From Paraspadella gotoi (taxonomy: Eukaryota; Animalia; Chaetognatha): a DNA stretch of 64,000 bases. The notes under the pieces are model-generated. The model saw nothing but the letters and a program-made list of their open reading frames with translations, did not search any database and had not been told where the DNA came from. The translations under genes and the position numbers were made by a program. Below, in pieces: positions 17,877 to 31,048 of this stretch. The DNA lies in the NCBI GenBank assembly GCA_051294375.1, contig JBJCIZ010000028.1, forward strand, positions 1,425,576-1,489,575. The letters run 5' to 3'. How positions within the stretch are numbered: position 1 is the first letter of the stretch; each line of letters starts with the position of its first letter.

Positions 17877-20800
17877 ATGCCTCGTTTATCGTTCGTCGTC
17901 GTCGTCGTCGTCGCTTTGATCGTCTCGTCGATGAGGACGGCGTCGGTCGCCGGTGATGGCGACGCCGCATCGAAAGGTAAATGCGGGTCTGTGATTGATT
18001 AAGTGAAAGATTGATTGACAGATTAAAGAAGGGGAACCACTGGCGACTGGAGAACGCAGACGCAGAGATTTGAGAGAGAGAGAGAAAGAGAGAGTGAGTA
18101 TGGTTTAATCTGGTGTTGTAAAGTGTCCTCGAAAGCTACATCTTCTTATCAGCTATAATTCTATATTAATTAATATCTTAAACATTAAACAGTTGCTTGA
18201 ATGGCAAGAAAAACTAGTGAAAGAAAGAGAAAGAGAGAAATAGACTAAAGAATCCCCTCCCTCCATTCCATCCCGTTGCTTTCTCCCCAGATCTAAAGAA
18301 TCCCCTCCCCTGCTTCCTCCCATATCTAAAGAATCCCTCCCCAGATCTAAAGAATCTTCCTCCTTGCTTCCTCCCCAGATCTAAAGAATCCCCTCCCCTT
18401 GCTTCCTCCCCAGATCTAAAGAATCCCCTCCCTTGCTTCCTCCCCAGATCAAAGAATCCTCCTTGCTTCCTCCCAGATCTAAGAATCCCCTCCCTTGCTT
18501 CCTCCCAGAATCTAAAGAATCCCCTCCTTGCTTCCTCCCCAGATCTAAAGAATCCCCTCCCCTTGCTTCCTCCCCAGATCTAAAGAATGCCCTCCCCTTG
18601 CTTCCTCCCATATCTAAAGAATCTCCCATCCCTTGCTTCCTCCCCCAGATCTTAAAGATAACCCTCCCCTGCTTCCTCCCCATATCTAAAGAATCCCCCC
18701 GACTCCAGATCTTAAAGTAATCTCGCATGCCCCCTTGCTTCCTCCCCAGATCTAAAGAATCCGCCTCCCCTTGCCTTCCTCTGCCCTAGTCCTCCCCAAG
18801 ATCTAAAGAATCCCCTCCCCTTGCTTCCTCCCAGATCTAAAGAATCCCTCCCGCTTGCTTCCTCCCAGATCTAAAGAATCCCCTCCTTGCTTCCTCCCCA
18901 GATCTAAAGAATCCCCGTCCCTTTGCTTCGCTCGCCCAGATCCTAAATGAATCGCCTCCCCTTTGCTTCCTCCCGTCATATGCTAAAGAATCCCGCTCCC
19001 ACAGAATCTAAAGAATCATCCTCTCCCCTTGGCCTTCCTCCCCAGATCTAAAGAATCCTCCCCCTTGCTTCCATCCGCATCAGAATCTAAAGAATCCCCT
19101 CCCCTTCCTGCCAGATCTAAAGAATCCTCACTCCCCTTGCGTCTCGTGCCCAGATTCCTTTAACCGTCGTTGGGCCCAATCTTTCGGAGCCGGAAGGATC
19201 CGGCCCTCTTTTCGCGTAACAGCACGCTCCGACATTCGTGCTTCAAGCATAAAAGTCCAGGAGGATCTCGTGAGCATGACGACCCTGGGCGACCGCAACG
19301 AGGTCGTCATCATGATCGCCATGCCGGGCATCCTCATCGGGCCCTTGGAAATGGGCGGCGCCAGTCAGCCCTCCAATCTCTACGTCAGCGACGACTTCGG
19401 GAAGACCTTTGACGAGAAGTTCGTGGACGGAGACGGCGCCGCGAGTCTGGCCAAGTGCGGAGTCTTCACGGCAAGAATGATGAACGGGCTGCAGCCGAGT
19501 CCCGTCGATCCCAAACGAGTCGTCGTGGTTGGTTATGATAAAAAGGTGAAGATGGAATGTCAACTTAATATTACGTTCTCATGATTTACATATTTAAACT
19601 ATTAAAATTTAATCTTAATTACTTATTAACTTTATTACGTTCCTCGCAAAAAAATGTAATAATTGCTTTTAAACTCGTCGCATAGTTAAAACTAAAAAAA
19701 GAATAAAGATGCCCAACCTTTTACCCTGTTACGGTTAAGTTCATGGCTTCTCTTCTTCTCTATTTTTCTCCTTCTCTTCTTCTCGATTTTTCTCCTTCTC
19801 TTCTTCTCTATTTCTCTTCNNNNNNNNNNTATTTCTCTTCTTCTCCTTAAAAGGGAAACAACATGACCCGTTCCACCCTGTGGATCTCCAAAGACTCGGC
19901 CAAGACTTGGACCTGCATAACCCTCGATTGGCGTCTCGACGAACGAATTCACTTCCACCCGACCAACCCCGATCTCTTGATGGCTCGGAGCCGCTACGAT
20001 GACTACGCCCTCTATCTGTCCCGAGATTTCGGCGCCACTTGGACCCGAGTCAAGGACTCCGTGCGGACCTTCCACTGGGGCTTCGACAGCGAGACGATCT
20101 TCCTCAGCGTCGACTTCTTCATCAAAGTCTTCGGCGCGGCGCCCAACGGGAAACTCTACAAGTCAACCGACTTCGGGCACAGCCTCGTTCAAGTCCTCGA
20201 TGGCGTACACAGCTTCGGACTCGAAGATAAATTCCTCTACGCCTCCGTCGCCGAAGATCGTGGCGGAAAGCGTCTGCTCCGCGTCTCCACGGACAACGGC
20301 GCCACCTGGCGCCACACGGAGCTGCCCGACATCACGCCGGATCGGTTCTACTCGATCCTTGACATGGACGACGGGCTCATCTTCATTCACGTAGCGGATC
20401 CGTACGGCGCCGGGAAGGGGACGCTATACACTTCCGGTGGAGAGGGAGTCAGGTTCTCAGAAAGTCTGGAGGATCATCTATTCACTAGTAGAAGTCAGAC
20501 TGACTTTTATCACGTCAAAGGAGCAAGGGGAGTCTTCATCACTTCCAAGGTGAGTTTTTATCACTTCATAGGACAGTGTTTTATCAGGATTTCACGGTTC
20601 TCTTAATTTTAACGGTTCCTCAATTTTATGTTTTGAATAATTATTAACAGTTACAGTATAATCCTCTTACTTTAAAGGTTATACTGGAGATACTAATTTC
20701 TATTACCGGAATATCCTTCGGAATAACTGGCAGCGGATCGCTAAATTTACTTTCTATGACATATTAGTAACCAATTGCACATTGAATATCCGTTGCGAAG

Positions 20801-23800
20801 CAGCCAGTAAAGGTCATGGGAATTGGTGGGGGTGATCTGGGCTTGTTAGGCTCTGTAATATTCGTTGCAAAATAAATAACCACCCCGAGGAGCATTGTCT
20901 TTCACATAGTACAGGGAAAGGCATTTGTATTTTGGGTTTAAAAGAATGCAAGATTTTGACATGGTATTAGATACTAAAAATCAAACGGTACAATGTAAGC
21001 GGCAGAGTGGTTAAAATATCGTGAGAAAACGCGAGATGGGTAAACCGAGTTCGAGTTGCAAATGGTAACCACTAAAACAAACTGTAATCTAAAATTGTCA
21101 TGAGACTGTCGTTATTCGCCCGCTAATTTCGCAATAATAACTTTCGTTGATGTCGCGATGATTTCGCCGCCGGAGGAAACGCTCGAAATAGATTGCCAAT
21201 TCGCGTGTCGACCGCTATGGAATCTTATTCCGCGTTATGTTTTGTCGCCCAATGAAAACCAATTCCTGTGTTAATTTAAAATTGGTTGTTGTTCGCGCGA
21301 TGAAACTGTAGCCGAGGAAGTACGATGGGCGTGGCCAAACCTTGTATGTTGCGGAAGTGAATGATGATGATGATTCCAAGCCTGTGATCGATATGAAAGC
21401 ATGATGTTGAAGGTGAAGAGTCGCCGACGGGCATCCTATTGGATGATTTGATTGTCTCATCTGGATTGATGAAAGAGAAAATAAAGTTGGAGGCAGTGTT
21501 AAGACGAAAATATCGAGCTATTAGCCGCGGACAATGGGACATTGCGCGCACGTCATTGGTTAATGCAAATTGCAATTGCAAGAAGGTGAGACAACGGTAA
21601 TCGATCGCCGCGTCAGTTTCCGCTTGCGAAGCAGGAAGCTGCGGAAGAGAAAAGCGCGTGAGGCTTGAACGACATGGACTCCATCACGCCGTTGTAGTCA
21701 ATCTTGCCTAGCAGAAGCTGGCCGGATATTGGTGTAAGAAACGTTGACCGAACATGGCGTCGTGCACGAGAATGCACGCTTTGGCCATTGATTACCGAAA
21801 TTAAATCTGTCTACGGTTCCCAGGACGCAATGCCTCCCGAGAATGGGAGATGTGTTTTGACAATATTTCCGGGGCAAGCGTTGGTTTTCCGAAAATTGAT
21901 TTAAATTATGGGTACCATGAGATTCCAATGTCACCAGAATCAGCACATTGACGTATGTTTTGAGGTTCCAAACGCCGGTCAGTACATGTGGACCCGTTCT
22001 CCCGGGCTTCGGCTTCAAAGTGGCCCGGCGCGTATTCACTGAGCTGATGGAACTGGCATTGCATGGTCTTCACCTTCTCCACCTGCTCGGCCTACCATTG
22101 ACGAATCATTTGTCTTCGATCGCAACGATTCGACGAACACGGTGTTTCATAGTAAAGGTCATTTGGAAGAGTCTTAACTAGGCTAGAAGTTGCTGGATTG
22201 AAGGCAAGGCTTCCAAGCGTTAGTCTCTGCAAAATGAAATTGAATATTTAGGGAGTGTAAAGTCGAGAATGGCATCAAACCGGATACGCTATGAAAACTC
22301 AGTCTGTCCGAATTGCTCACTGCACGTCGGTAAGGTTAGTCGTTTCGTTGCTTTTTGCAATTTTTATCGTAGATTTTTTCCGAATTTCTCTGGCATCGCA
22401 AAACCCCTCTATGAGCTTTCCAAAAAGGACCGGAAGTTCATTGGAGTGACGCTTGTCAAAAAGCATTCGAAGAGCTCAAGAATATAATGTGTTCGGTATC
22501 TCCGTTCTGGGCGTTACCTGATTTTAATTAAACTTTCGCACCTCGCGACTGACTGGAGTGCTTGACCCAGTTACATCCTGTCTCCAAGTCGACGATGCAC
22601 AGGTAAGTTAAGGCCAATCCTTTATGGAAGTAAGGTCATACAGGACCTATGTGTCGGCTACTACGAGGAAATCGCCTGATTCCTCATATCTAGGAGAGTT
22701 CACAAAGTCTCACAACGGCTATGGCATAGCGACACATAATTATTTACTGGCTAAACGCGGACTTTATTCTCTATTCAGACAACTTTGCTCTTTCAAATCT
22801 GTTGTCTAGTCGCCGCCCCCGCAGCGTTCATCATAAAGACGCTAGGTAAGAGTTACCCAGTTGGAGACTTCAAAAGTCAAGCACTTACCATGGCTTAAGC
22901 AAAATATTGGGTCCTGATTTGTTGAGTCGGATTGACTTCGGCGGAAACAATCCTGTGCAGAACAGGACTGGTCGAATTGTCGGCAAGGTGTCGCTCAGTA
23001 GTAGTTGTCCTGTTGCACGACGGGCCAATGAGAGTGAAGCTGCATCCACATCCGATACTATCCTGGATCGGGGGGACCGCCTTGATCCACAGGATCTGTG
23101 GAGGAAGTGGAGGGCCCGTTACAAGAGAGCGATGGGGACTTAAGATAAGCTCAGGCTTGGATAGAGACCGGTCAACGCCCCGCAAGAAAAGGGCGAGGTA
23201 GGGTGCACTAAGGTCGTAACCTACGCAAGTTGTCGACCAAATTCAAAGTAAAGTAATGACGTAATGTTTCGAGTTTGGACGGACAGGACGGACAAGGTAA
23301 GAATTTGGCAACACAGTGCAGTACATGAGAGTGCAGTTCCCGGAATTACTGCGCTTAGCGCCACGACAACCAGGTAATTGGGGGCAGAATAAAACGGTTG
23401 AATTTTCTCCGACGTCGATATTACGTTTTTTGGTTTGGGCCGCCAGTCGTCGAAGACTGGATTCGTTCGTCAGAGACATCTGTCAAAGGAGAAAGCAACA
23501 AAACCGTAAGGCCCGTTGCAACAAGATTATTGCAGTTTATTTTCAATGAAAGAGTTGCAATTGATATTAAAGCGCCCAATTAAGAGAGACTAACGTAACA
23601 AAATTCCGTATATATTGATTATCACTGATATATTACAGTGATTTCTTACTGTGGTTTAAAGGAGTCACGCAGAAGAAGTACTTAACTGGCATTGGTATGA
23701 GCATTATATTGCATATTATCGGAGTTCCGTTCGCGTTCATAGTGATGCGTCATACATGACGTTTTCATTGGCGCCGCCGCCTGAAAATTTCTATCATCTC

Positions 23801-26800
23801 CTCGGCATCCCACAAGACGAAGACGGTTCCATTCATCAATGGAACGGATTGGTTGAAAGAAACACTTCGCTCCTTCAGGTTTAGTAACTGCCTGTTGATG
23901 AAACCTGGATGCTGATGGTGAACCGATTGGACGCCGCTGAGATGGGAATCACGCCTGAAGAAAGGGCAAATTTGGCAGTTACCGGACGCACAAATCGCTC
24001 CATACCTCTTTTTCTCCTTTCAAAATTCTACCGGAGTGAATGTTGTTCCGATGACGCGTTTATCCGGTGGAAACGTCGCGAGAAAAACTATTGCAGGCAC
24101 CGTTAGAGAGGTTGCAAGACAGGCAATCGAGATGTTCCTACGCCGTAATGGAACATATGGGTCATGAGCTGGCGATACAAAAAAGATATTATGATTCTTC
24201 GTTCTAAAATTCCTGAGTTTATATTGGTGACAAAGTTCTTTATCGAAAGTTTGCGATAGCCGCCAATGAGCTAAAGCATTTTGCTCCTAAATATTTTGGA
24301 TTCCAACTTTTGAAAATTACTAAAAAATTGTCTGATGTAAATTACGTCATTCGAGACGTAAAGTCCGGAAGGAACGGTAACACAAAGATCATTTGCGCCC
24401 AGTCGTAGAAGAGCCATCACCCCATGGAAACGGATCAACAAGAGGTAACGTTCGACGGACAAGACACCGGAAGTAAATTCTGGATCGGACGACGAAGTTG
24501 TTGATCATGGCATTTGAGTGCTAGCGGAGCTTCTGCTAGAACGTTCTACTCGATTCGAAGGAAACTGCCCCTCGAAACTGAACTGACTTTTATTTGGATG
24601 AATTCAAAGCGAAAGGTTTTGTAAATTGATTAATATATGACATTAATATATTTTTAACAGTGTCTAATCAATCACAATAATTCTACGGTCTATTTGTTAT
24701 TACTCATTTTATTCATTATTCATATTTTCGTCTCTGATTAATTACGATTAATTGTAAGCGCTACGTCTGAGTTCGCACGAGCAAGCCAGGATCGGTGGAA
24801 CAAAAAGGGCATCGTCCGAGATTCCGTTCCACACGAAGTAGTGTCAGCCGCTCGCCTGAGTGTCTGGAAGGGAGAATGAAAATATGGTTAGTTCTTCTGT
24901 TAATCATTGAATCAAATGGGTATCGATCTAGCCAAGGATTGGGTCGGTCAGTGGTTGTTTACTGGTTTTTATTATTATTTCGCTGATTTATTAAAAGTCT
25001 CCAATTAAGCTCAAATGTTGGAGTTGAGGCGAAATTCATGGATGGAGAGAAAAATGGAAGAATGATTGTAGTGAATGAATGGGTCTGATCGATCTATCTA
25101 ACGACGAAGTGAGTTTCTTCCACTTCTGTAGAAAAGGAATAATTTGCAATTCCTCTGCTAAGTATTAGGTCATAATGTTCCGGTATTATAGTTATATGTT
25201 CTCTACGACATTGTTTTAAAACAAATTGAAACGCCCCTTACCTTATGTTAATCCATGGAGTCCCCCTCCTCGAAGTCGATGTCTTCGACAATCATACCAC
25301 CGGGTCGTCGTCATCATCATTCGATATCAACGACGTCATCGCTCGGGCCGCGCGGAGAAGATGGCGCCGAGCTGGCGCCGGCAAGAGGAACGCCCCTCCG
25401 AACCAGATCGCTCTGATTGCGGAAGAAGGAGAAGCCCGAGGAGATGATGATGCCGGGATGGAGAATCCTGAGGAGATGACGACGCCGGGGATGGAGAGCC
25501 GGACGGGATCTCGCTGATCGGGAGATCCCGGCGCTGGACTGCCGACCCGGAACGGGATGCTCTTTCCACGACTGGAGAGTCGGGTGTCCGGGTCAATTCT
25601 CTGATTCCGGCCCGGTGGGATGGAATTTTGCCGGTGAGACAATCGTAATCCGAGACGAATGCATCGATAGGAGGAGCGGACGCCGCTCTTCGTCGGGATC
25701 CTCCAGCCGCTGCGACGGGAGAGGGAGGACCCGCTGTCCGAGGATCCTTCGGACGTTGGCAAAAACACTTGCGATTTTGCCAAAGGGTGGAGAGGAGCAT
25801 GGCGAGCTCGGTGAGGGTGGGGAAAAATGCCCATGACCGACGCCGCCTTTGGACACAGCTGAGTTCTCCGGAAGTGTAGGCGCGGACTGGGAGGGAGGTA
25901 GAACGCAGCTGGGCACCAGCTGCCGGCCACGTTGATGACGCCCCCAGCCGCGTTTAAAATTCACTTCTCGGAGAACTCGGGCCGAGCACCCCGCCAGAAT
26001 AGCTGCATCAACGAGGCGTGGCAGCTGGGGCGTTGAATGACCTCGACAACGCCGGCAGGCGTTGAAGACAAGTTTGGGCGAGCTAAAATGAATAAGTAAA
26101 ATATAACTAAAATAAACCATGATCCAGTCAAAAATCTTGCAAATTAATATGCTCCATAATATTGCAATAATATTGATTATTACGTTTTAAGTCTTGGTAC
26201 GTGTTATTTCATGTTGTTGAAATAAGTCCAGGAGAATTTATTTAGTTTTTCCGTTCTATCGAGTCAGATAGAATAACGTTTTTTCGTGAATTACACGATG
26301 GAATTATTATTATGATTTAATTTCGAATAACAAATTACATTTAGCCTTTGTAATACATTATTAATCGGAATGAATTCTCGTCAATGATATAAGCAAATTA
26401 GGCAATCGACGAATTCATTTCTGGCAGTGTGATGAATAAATGTTCATCTTGTGAAATTATTGTTACCATCATTGTTAACAGTGTATTCGTTGTCTTCCCT
26501 TTTCGTTTGTTTATTAGCCAAACAACTCGGATCATAGTCAAGGAATTATTATTATTTTTTCTATATTCCTTCCGGAACCAGTTACAATTAATTATCATAA
26601 ATCAAGGAATTGTGATTTTATTTTTCTATATTCCTTCAGGAAACCAGTAGAATTAATTATTGATCATGAACAATATTGTTACTTTTCTTTTTGAAACTTC
26701 TCCAATGATCAATTCTAAATACGGTTCCCTAAAATTTAGAGTCGAGTGGGCTCTAGGTGGAAAAATGTCATTTTGTTACGTTCGAAAAAAGTAACATTTT

Positions 26801-29800
26801 TCGAATGATGGTTATCGTACGATTTCTATTCCTAATTATTCTCAAGTTTCCTTGATTACTGGTACTCGTTCTTTATGTGTACAATGAACTTACTTGATTA
26901 AATCCATGATTACCCCGTGAAGATGGGTAATATCAAAACGAGTTGTCGGAAGAGAGTAGAATTAAACGTTTTACAAAAAAGAATTTAAGCGGATGAAAAC
27001 TATTTGCTCGGAGGTTGGGAGTTGCCACAAGAAAAGTGAGAGAATATCGAGAGGTTTAGGGACCGGGTAAACGATTATACATTCTAGGCAAGGAAATCTG
27101 GGACTCGAAAGAAGCGAGGCGAAGGATTTATTAGCCCTTAGGTGTGACGGCCAGGCTCGGTCGAAAAGAGAAAGCAAACGAAGGTAGACTAAAAGGTCAT
27201 AAAAGTGGGGATAGGGAGACTAAGGAGATGAGGACATCTTCTTTTCTTTGAGGGGTCGAGTTATAAGGAATAGGCCTCTGTATCGTCTCGGTCTCCCCTT
27301 CGTCTTCTCGCTTTCTTCTCTCTCTCTTGATAATTCTCAGTCGCTCACGGTACATCCCGGATATAACAACTCCTTCTCTAAAAATATCTCTCCACTTTAA
27401 CTATTTTCTGTCTCATCTCTCTCTCTTCTCTTAGCAATCTTGACGTTTAAGACCATAAAATTGAAATTAAGAAGGCGTCGGGATTCTTAGTTGTCGTTGT
27501 TGTCGATTGACGTACAAAAAATGTGGACTTTGAGAGAGGCGTTGCCGCGCCGGTCGGACAACAATGTTAAGGAGCTGATTGGGGACGGACCGCGTCTCTT
27601 GACGGCGACCCGTTCCGCCAATCGGAGAGCCTTGGGCGATTCTCTCGACCCCCTCCAACATGTAGCAAAATATAAAAGCAACAACTCTGAAGCATCAGAG
27701 AGAACCTATAATAATTATTTTTAGTCTCCATTATTTTTTGCCATCATATAATTTGTGAAGTGTTTTTAACACTTGTAAAGAAATAAACTATTTCTGCCAT
27801 CCTATTTATGTTGAACCAAAACCTTTTATTATTTATTCACAATTTAAAACGAAAGAAAGAAGGACGAGCAAGGAGAGAAGAATTCGAATTAGCGAGCCAG
27901 TGGAGTCAGCCTAACCAAAAGAACCGTAAAGCAACTTTAGGGCGACAGTTTGTCCCTTGCTGGCAATGATGCTAGCAATAGGACAGTGTTTTATCAGGAT
28001 TTCACGGTTCTCTTAATTTTAACGGTTCCTCAATTTTATGTTTTGAATAATTATTAACAGTTACAGTATAATCCTCTTACTTTAAAGGTTATACTGGAGA
28101 TACTAATTTCTATTACCGGAATATCCTTCGGAATAAATTATCTAACAATATCTATTAAATACATTGTTTATTTAAACCTCCCTCNNNNNNNNNNNNNNNN
28201 NNNNNNNNNTCGGATATAAATTATCTAACAATATCTATTAAATACATAATGTTTTATTTTAAACCTCTCCCCCATAAGGTCAACGCGGACTCCACAGTCA
28301 CACCGTCATTTCACACGACCGCGGTGGCCACTGGTCCACCCTTCCGCTCCCGACAAACAACAACAACAACAACAACAACAAGGAAGGCGATTCCCTCAAT
28401 CTCCACATTTCTTACTCTCTCCCCAAGTTCGCGGTGCCTCCGCGGCGCGCGCTCCAGCATCCCTAACGCTAAGAGGATCATCGTCGCTCAGGGCGGAATC
28501 GGGAACTCCCTGGATATGAAGCCGCCTAAGGTTGGAGAGGGGAAAGGATTGATTGATTGATTGTAATTGATTAATTATTGATTAGGAGTAAATGCTGATT
28601 GAGTGGGACCGATTTTATTATGTTTAATGTGGAATTCAATATGAATGCTTAATTAATATTATGACTCATTGCTTAATTATGATTTTGTATGGCGCCTAAT
28701 TAAATTTGCATATCTGGTTTTGTGATTATAATTTCTCAATGATTTATGATTATTTTATTGTATGTCCGATTGATTAATAATGGTCGATAAATAAAGATCG
28801 CCTTGCCGCTTGTTTACGATACACCAGATTGATTGATTGATTGATTGGTTAATCACTCAAATCACTCGCCCGACTCCCCCCCTCCCAACATCTCCTCCAA
28901 TCCCTCCAACAGGTCTACATCTCCTCCGACGGGGGTCGATCCTGGAACGACACTCTCCTTCCTCCCGAGATTCTACTTCTACAGGATCCTCGATTTCGGC
29001 GGACTCGTCGTCGCCTACCGACGACCCCGAATCCCGTGGACACCATAAGGTCAACGCGGACTCCACAGTCACCACCGTCATTTCACACGACCGCGGTGGC
29101 CACTGGTCCACCCTTCCGCTCCCGACAAACAACAACAACAACAACAACAACAAGGAAGGCGATTCCCTCAATCTCCACATTTCTTACTCTCTCCCCAAGT
29201 TCGCGGTTCCTCCGCAGGCGCCGCTCAGCATCCCTAACGCTAAGAGGATCATCGTCGCTCAGGGCGGAATCGGGAACTCCCTGGATATGAAGCCGCCTAA
29301 GGTTGGAGAGGGGAAAGGATTGATTGATTGATTGATTGATTGATTAATTATTGATCAGGATTAAATGGCTGATTGAGTGGGACCCGATTTATTAATGTTT
29401 AATGTGGAATTCAAATCGAATGCTTAATTAATAATTATGACTCATTGCTTTATTATGATTTGTATGGGCGCCTAATTAAATTTGCATATCTGGTTTTGTG
29501 ATTATGATTTCTCAATGATTTATTGATTTTTATTGTATGTCCGATTGATTAATAATGGTCGATAAATAAAGATCGCCTTGCCGCTTGTTTACGATACACC
29601 AGATTGATTGATTGATTGATTGGTTTATCACTCAAATCACTCGCCCGACTCCCCCCCTCCCTCCAACATCTCCTCCAACATCCCTCCAACAGGTCTACAT
29701 CTCCTCCGACGGGGGTCGATCCTGGAACGACACTCTCCTTCCTCCCGGATTCTACTTCTACAGGATCCTCGATTTCGGCGGACTCGTCGTCGCCTACCGA

Positions 29801-30984
29801 CGACCCGATCCTGGACAACCACAACAACAACAACAAGCTCTCTTCTTCTCCACCGACCTGGGATCCTGTTGGCGTTACGTGACCTTCACTAAGCGCCGCT
29901 TCACCGTCCGCGGCCTCAACACGGAGCCGGACGGACACTCCCTCCTCGTCGGAGTCTGGGGGATGGACGAGGAGACCAAGGAATGGGTCGTCGTTAATAT
30001 AGACTTTCAGAAGATCATCCCTAAAGAATGCGAGGAAAAGGATTATGAAGTCGTCTCGCCCGGGAAGTGCTATTTGGGAGAGAAGGTTCAGTACACGGTG
30101 AGTGAGAGTGTGAATGGAGTGGGAGGTAAGCAGAAGTCTCGCCAGGCCAAGTGCTTTTTGTAATTGTACAATGTACTTGTACATGTCCTTCGCCCATGCA
30201 TCAGATTTATTTGTACTTGTATAATGTACTTGTACATGTACTTCGCCCATGCATCAGATTTATTTGTACTTGTACAATGTACTTGTACATGTACTTTGCC
30301 CATGCATCAGATTTATTTGTACTTGTACATGTACTTCGCCCATGCATCACATTTATTTGAGGAGTGAGGGCGTCTTCCTTTTTTCTTTTCTATCTCTGTG
30401 AAAAACATTTATACTGAAGAGACAGTAATTATTGTAAAGCGTTAATGACAGAACCGTTCAATATAAGCAGTCCCTGTTACAGACGGGTTAAGCGCCCCGT
30501 CTCTCTTAACTGCTTGGCGACCACCGGGCTAGAACCCCGGACCTTTTGGGTTGGGAGGCGAATGACTTGCCACCCATTTAATTAGGATCATTTAGCATTA
30601 TCCCGTTGATAAATATTTCGCCTCTAAAAACCTCACTAGTATTCAATATGAAAAACCTAAAACATTGAAGAAGAAAGTCTTTGAATTAATCTTGCAGTAT
30701 GCAAATGAGATTTAAGATTTTCTTCTCTGTTCTTTCCCAGCGCCTTAGAAAAGACTCCTTCTGCCACAACGATCCCAAATTCCTGACGACGACTTCGACG
30801 ACTTGTCACTGCACTTATGAAGACGACTACGAGTGCGACTACGGGTACGAGCACGCCGACAACAACCCGCGCGTCTGCGTCCGAAGTCCGCATCTCGACA
30901 TCGCCGAAGACACGCCGCCCAAACTTTGTCTCGAGGGGAAAGTCTACGCAGTCAGGAAACAGAAATTCAGGAAGATTCCGGGTG

Positions 30985-31048
<64 letters not shown>

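Larger units (their letters stand above)
20568..28136 (+). mobile_element. Ty3/gypsy LTR retrotransposon (frameshifted, gag deleted) in sortilin intron 3
   Basis: Identical ~159-bp direct repeats at 20568-20726 and ~27979-28136. PBS-like TGGCAGCGG at 20728. Fragments in gypsy order: protease C-half (PVKVMGIGG, ICILG, ~20790-20980), RT (KIDLNYGYHEIPM ~21893; FCNFYRRFFPNFSGIAKPLYELSKK ~22350), RNase H (LATDWS ~22545), integrase (CQRRKQ; FNERVAIDIK ~23540; NGLVER-like ~23840). Confidence 0.88.

Noticed and set aside
18381-18728. ORFs of 115 aa (-) and 95 aa (+) with repeated peptides
   Set aside because: They are translations of the 35-bp intronic minisatellite.
18246-19140. Repeat array resembling a CRISPR array
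   Set aside because: Head-to-tail units without unique spacers, eukaryotic intron context, and no cas genes.
21215-24462. Many short ORFs on both strands as separate genes
   Set aside because: They are frameshifted pieces or shadows of gypsy pol.
28130-28270. Direct repeat flanking the N-gap as a target-site duplication
   Set aside because: The same ~55 nt on both sides of a gap is typical of unmerged contig overlap.
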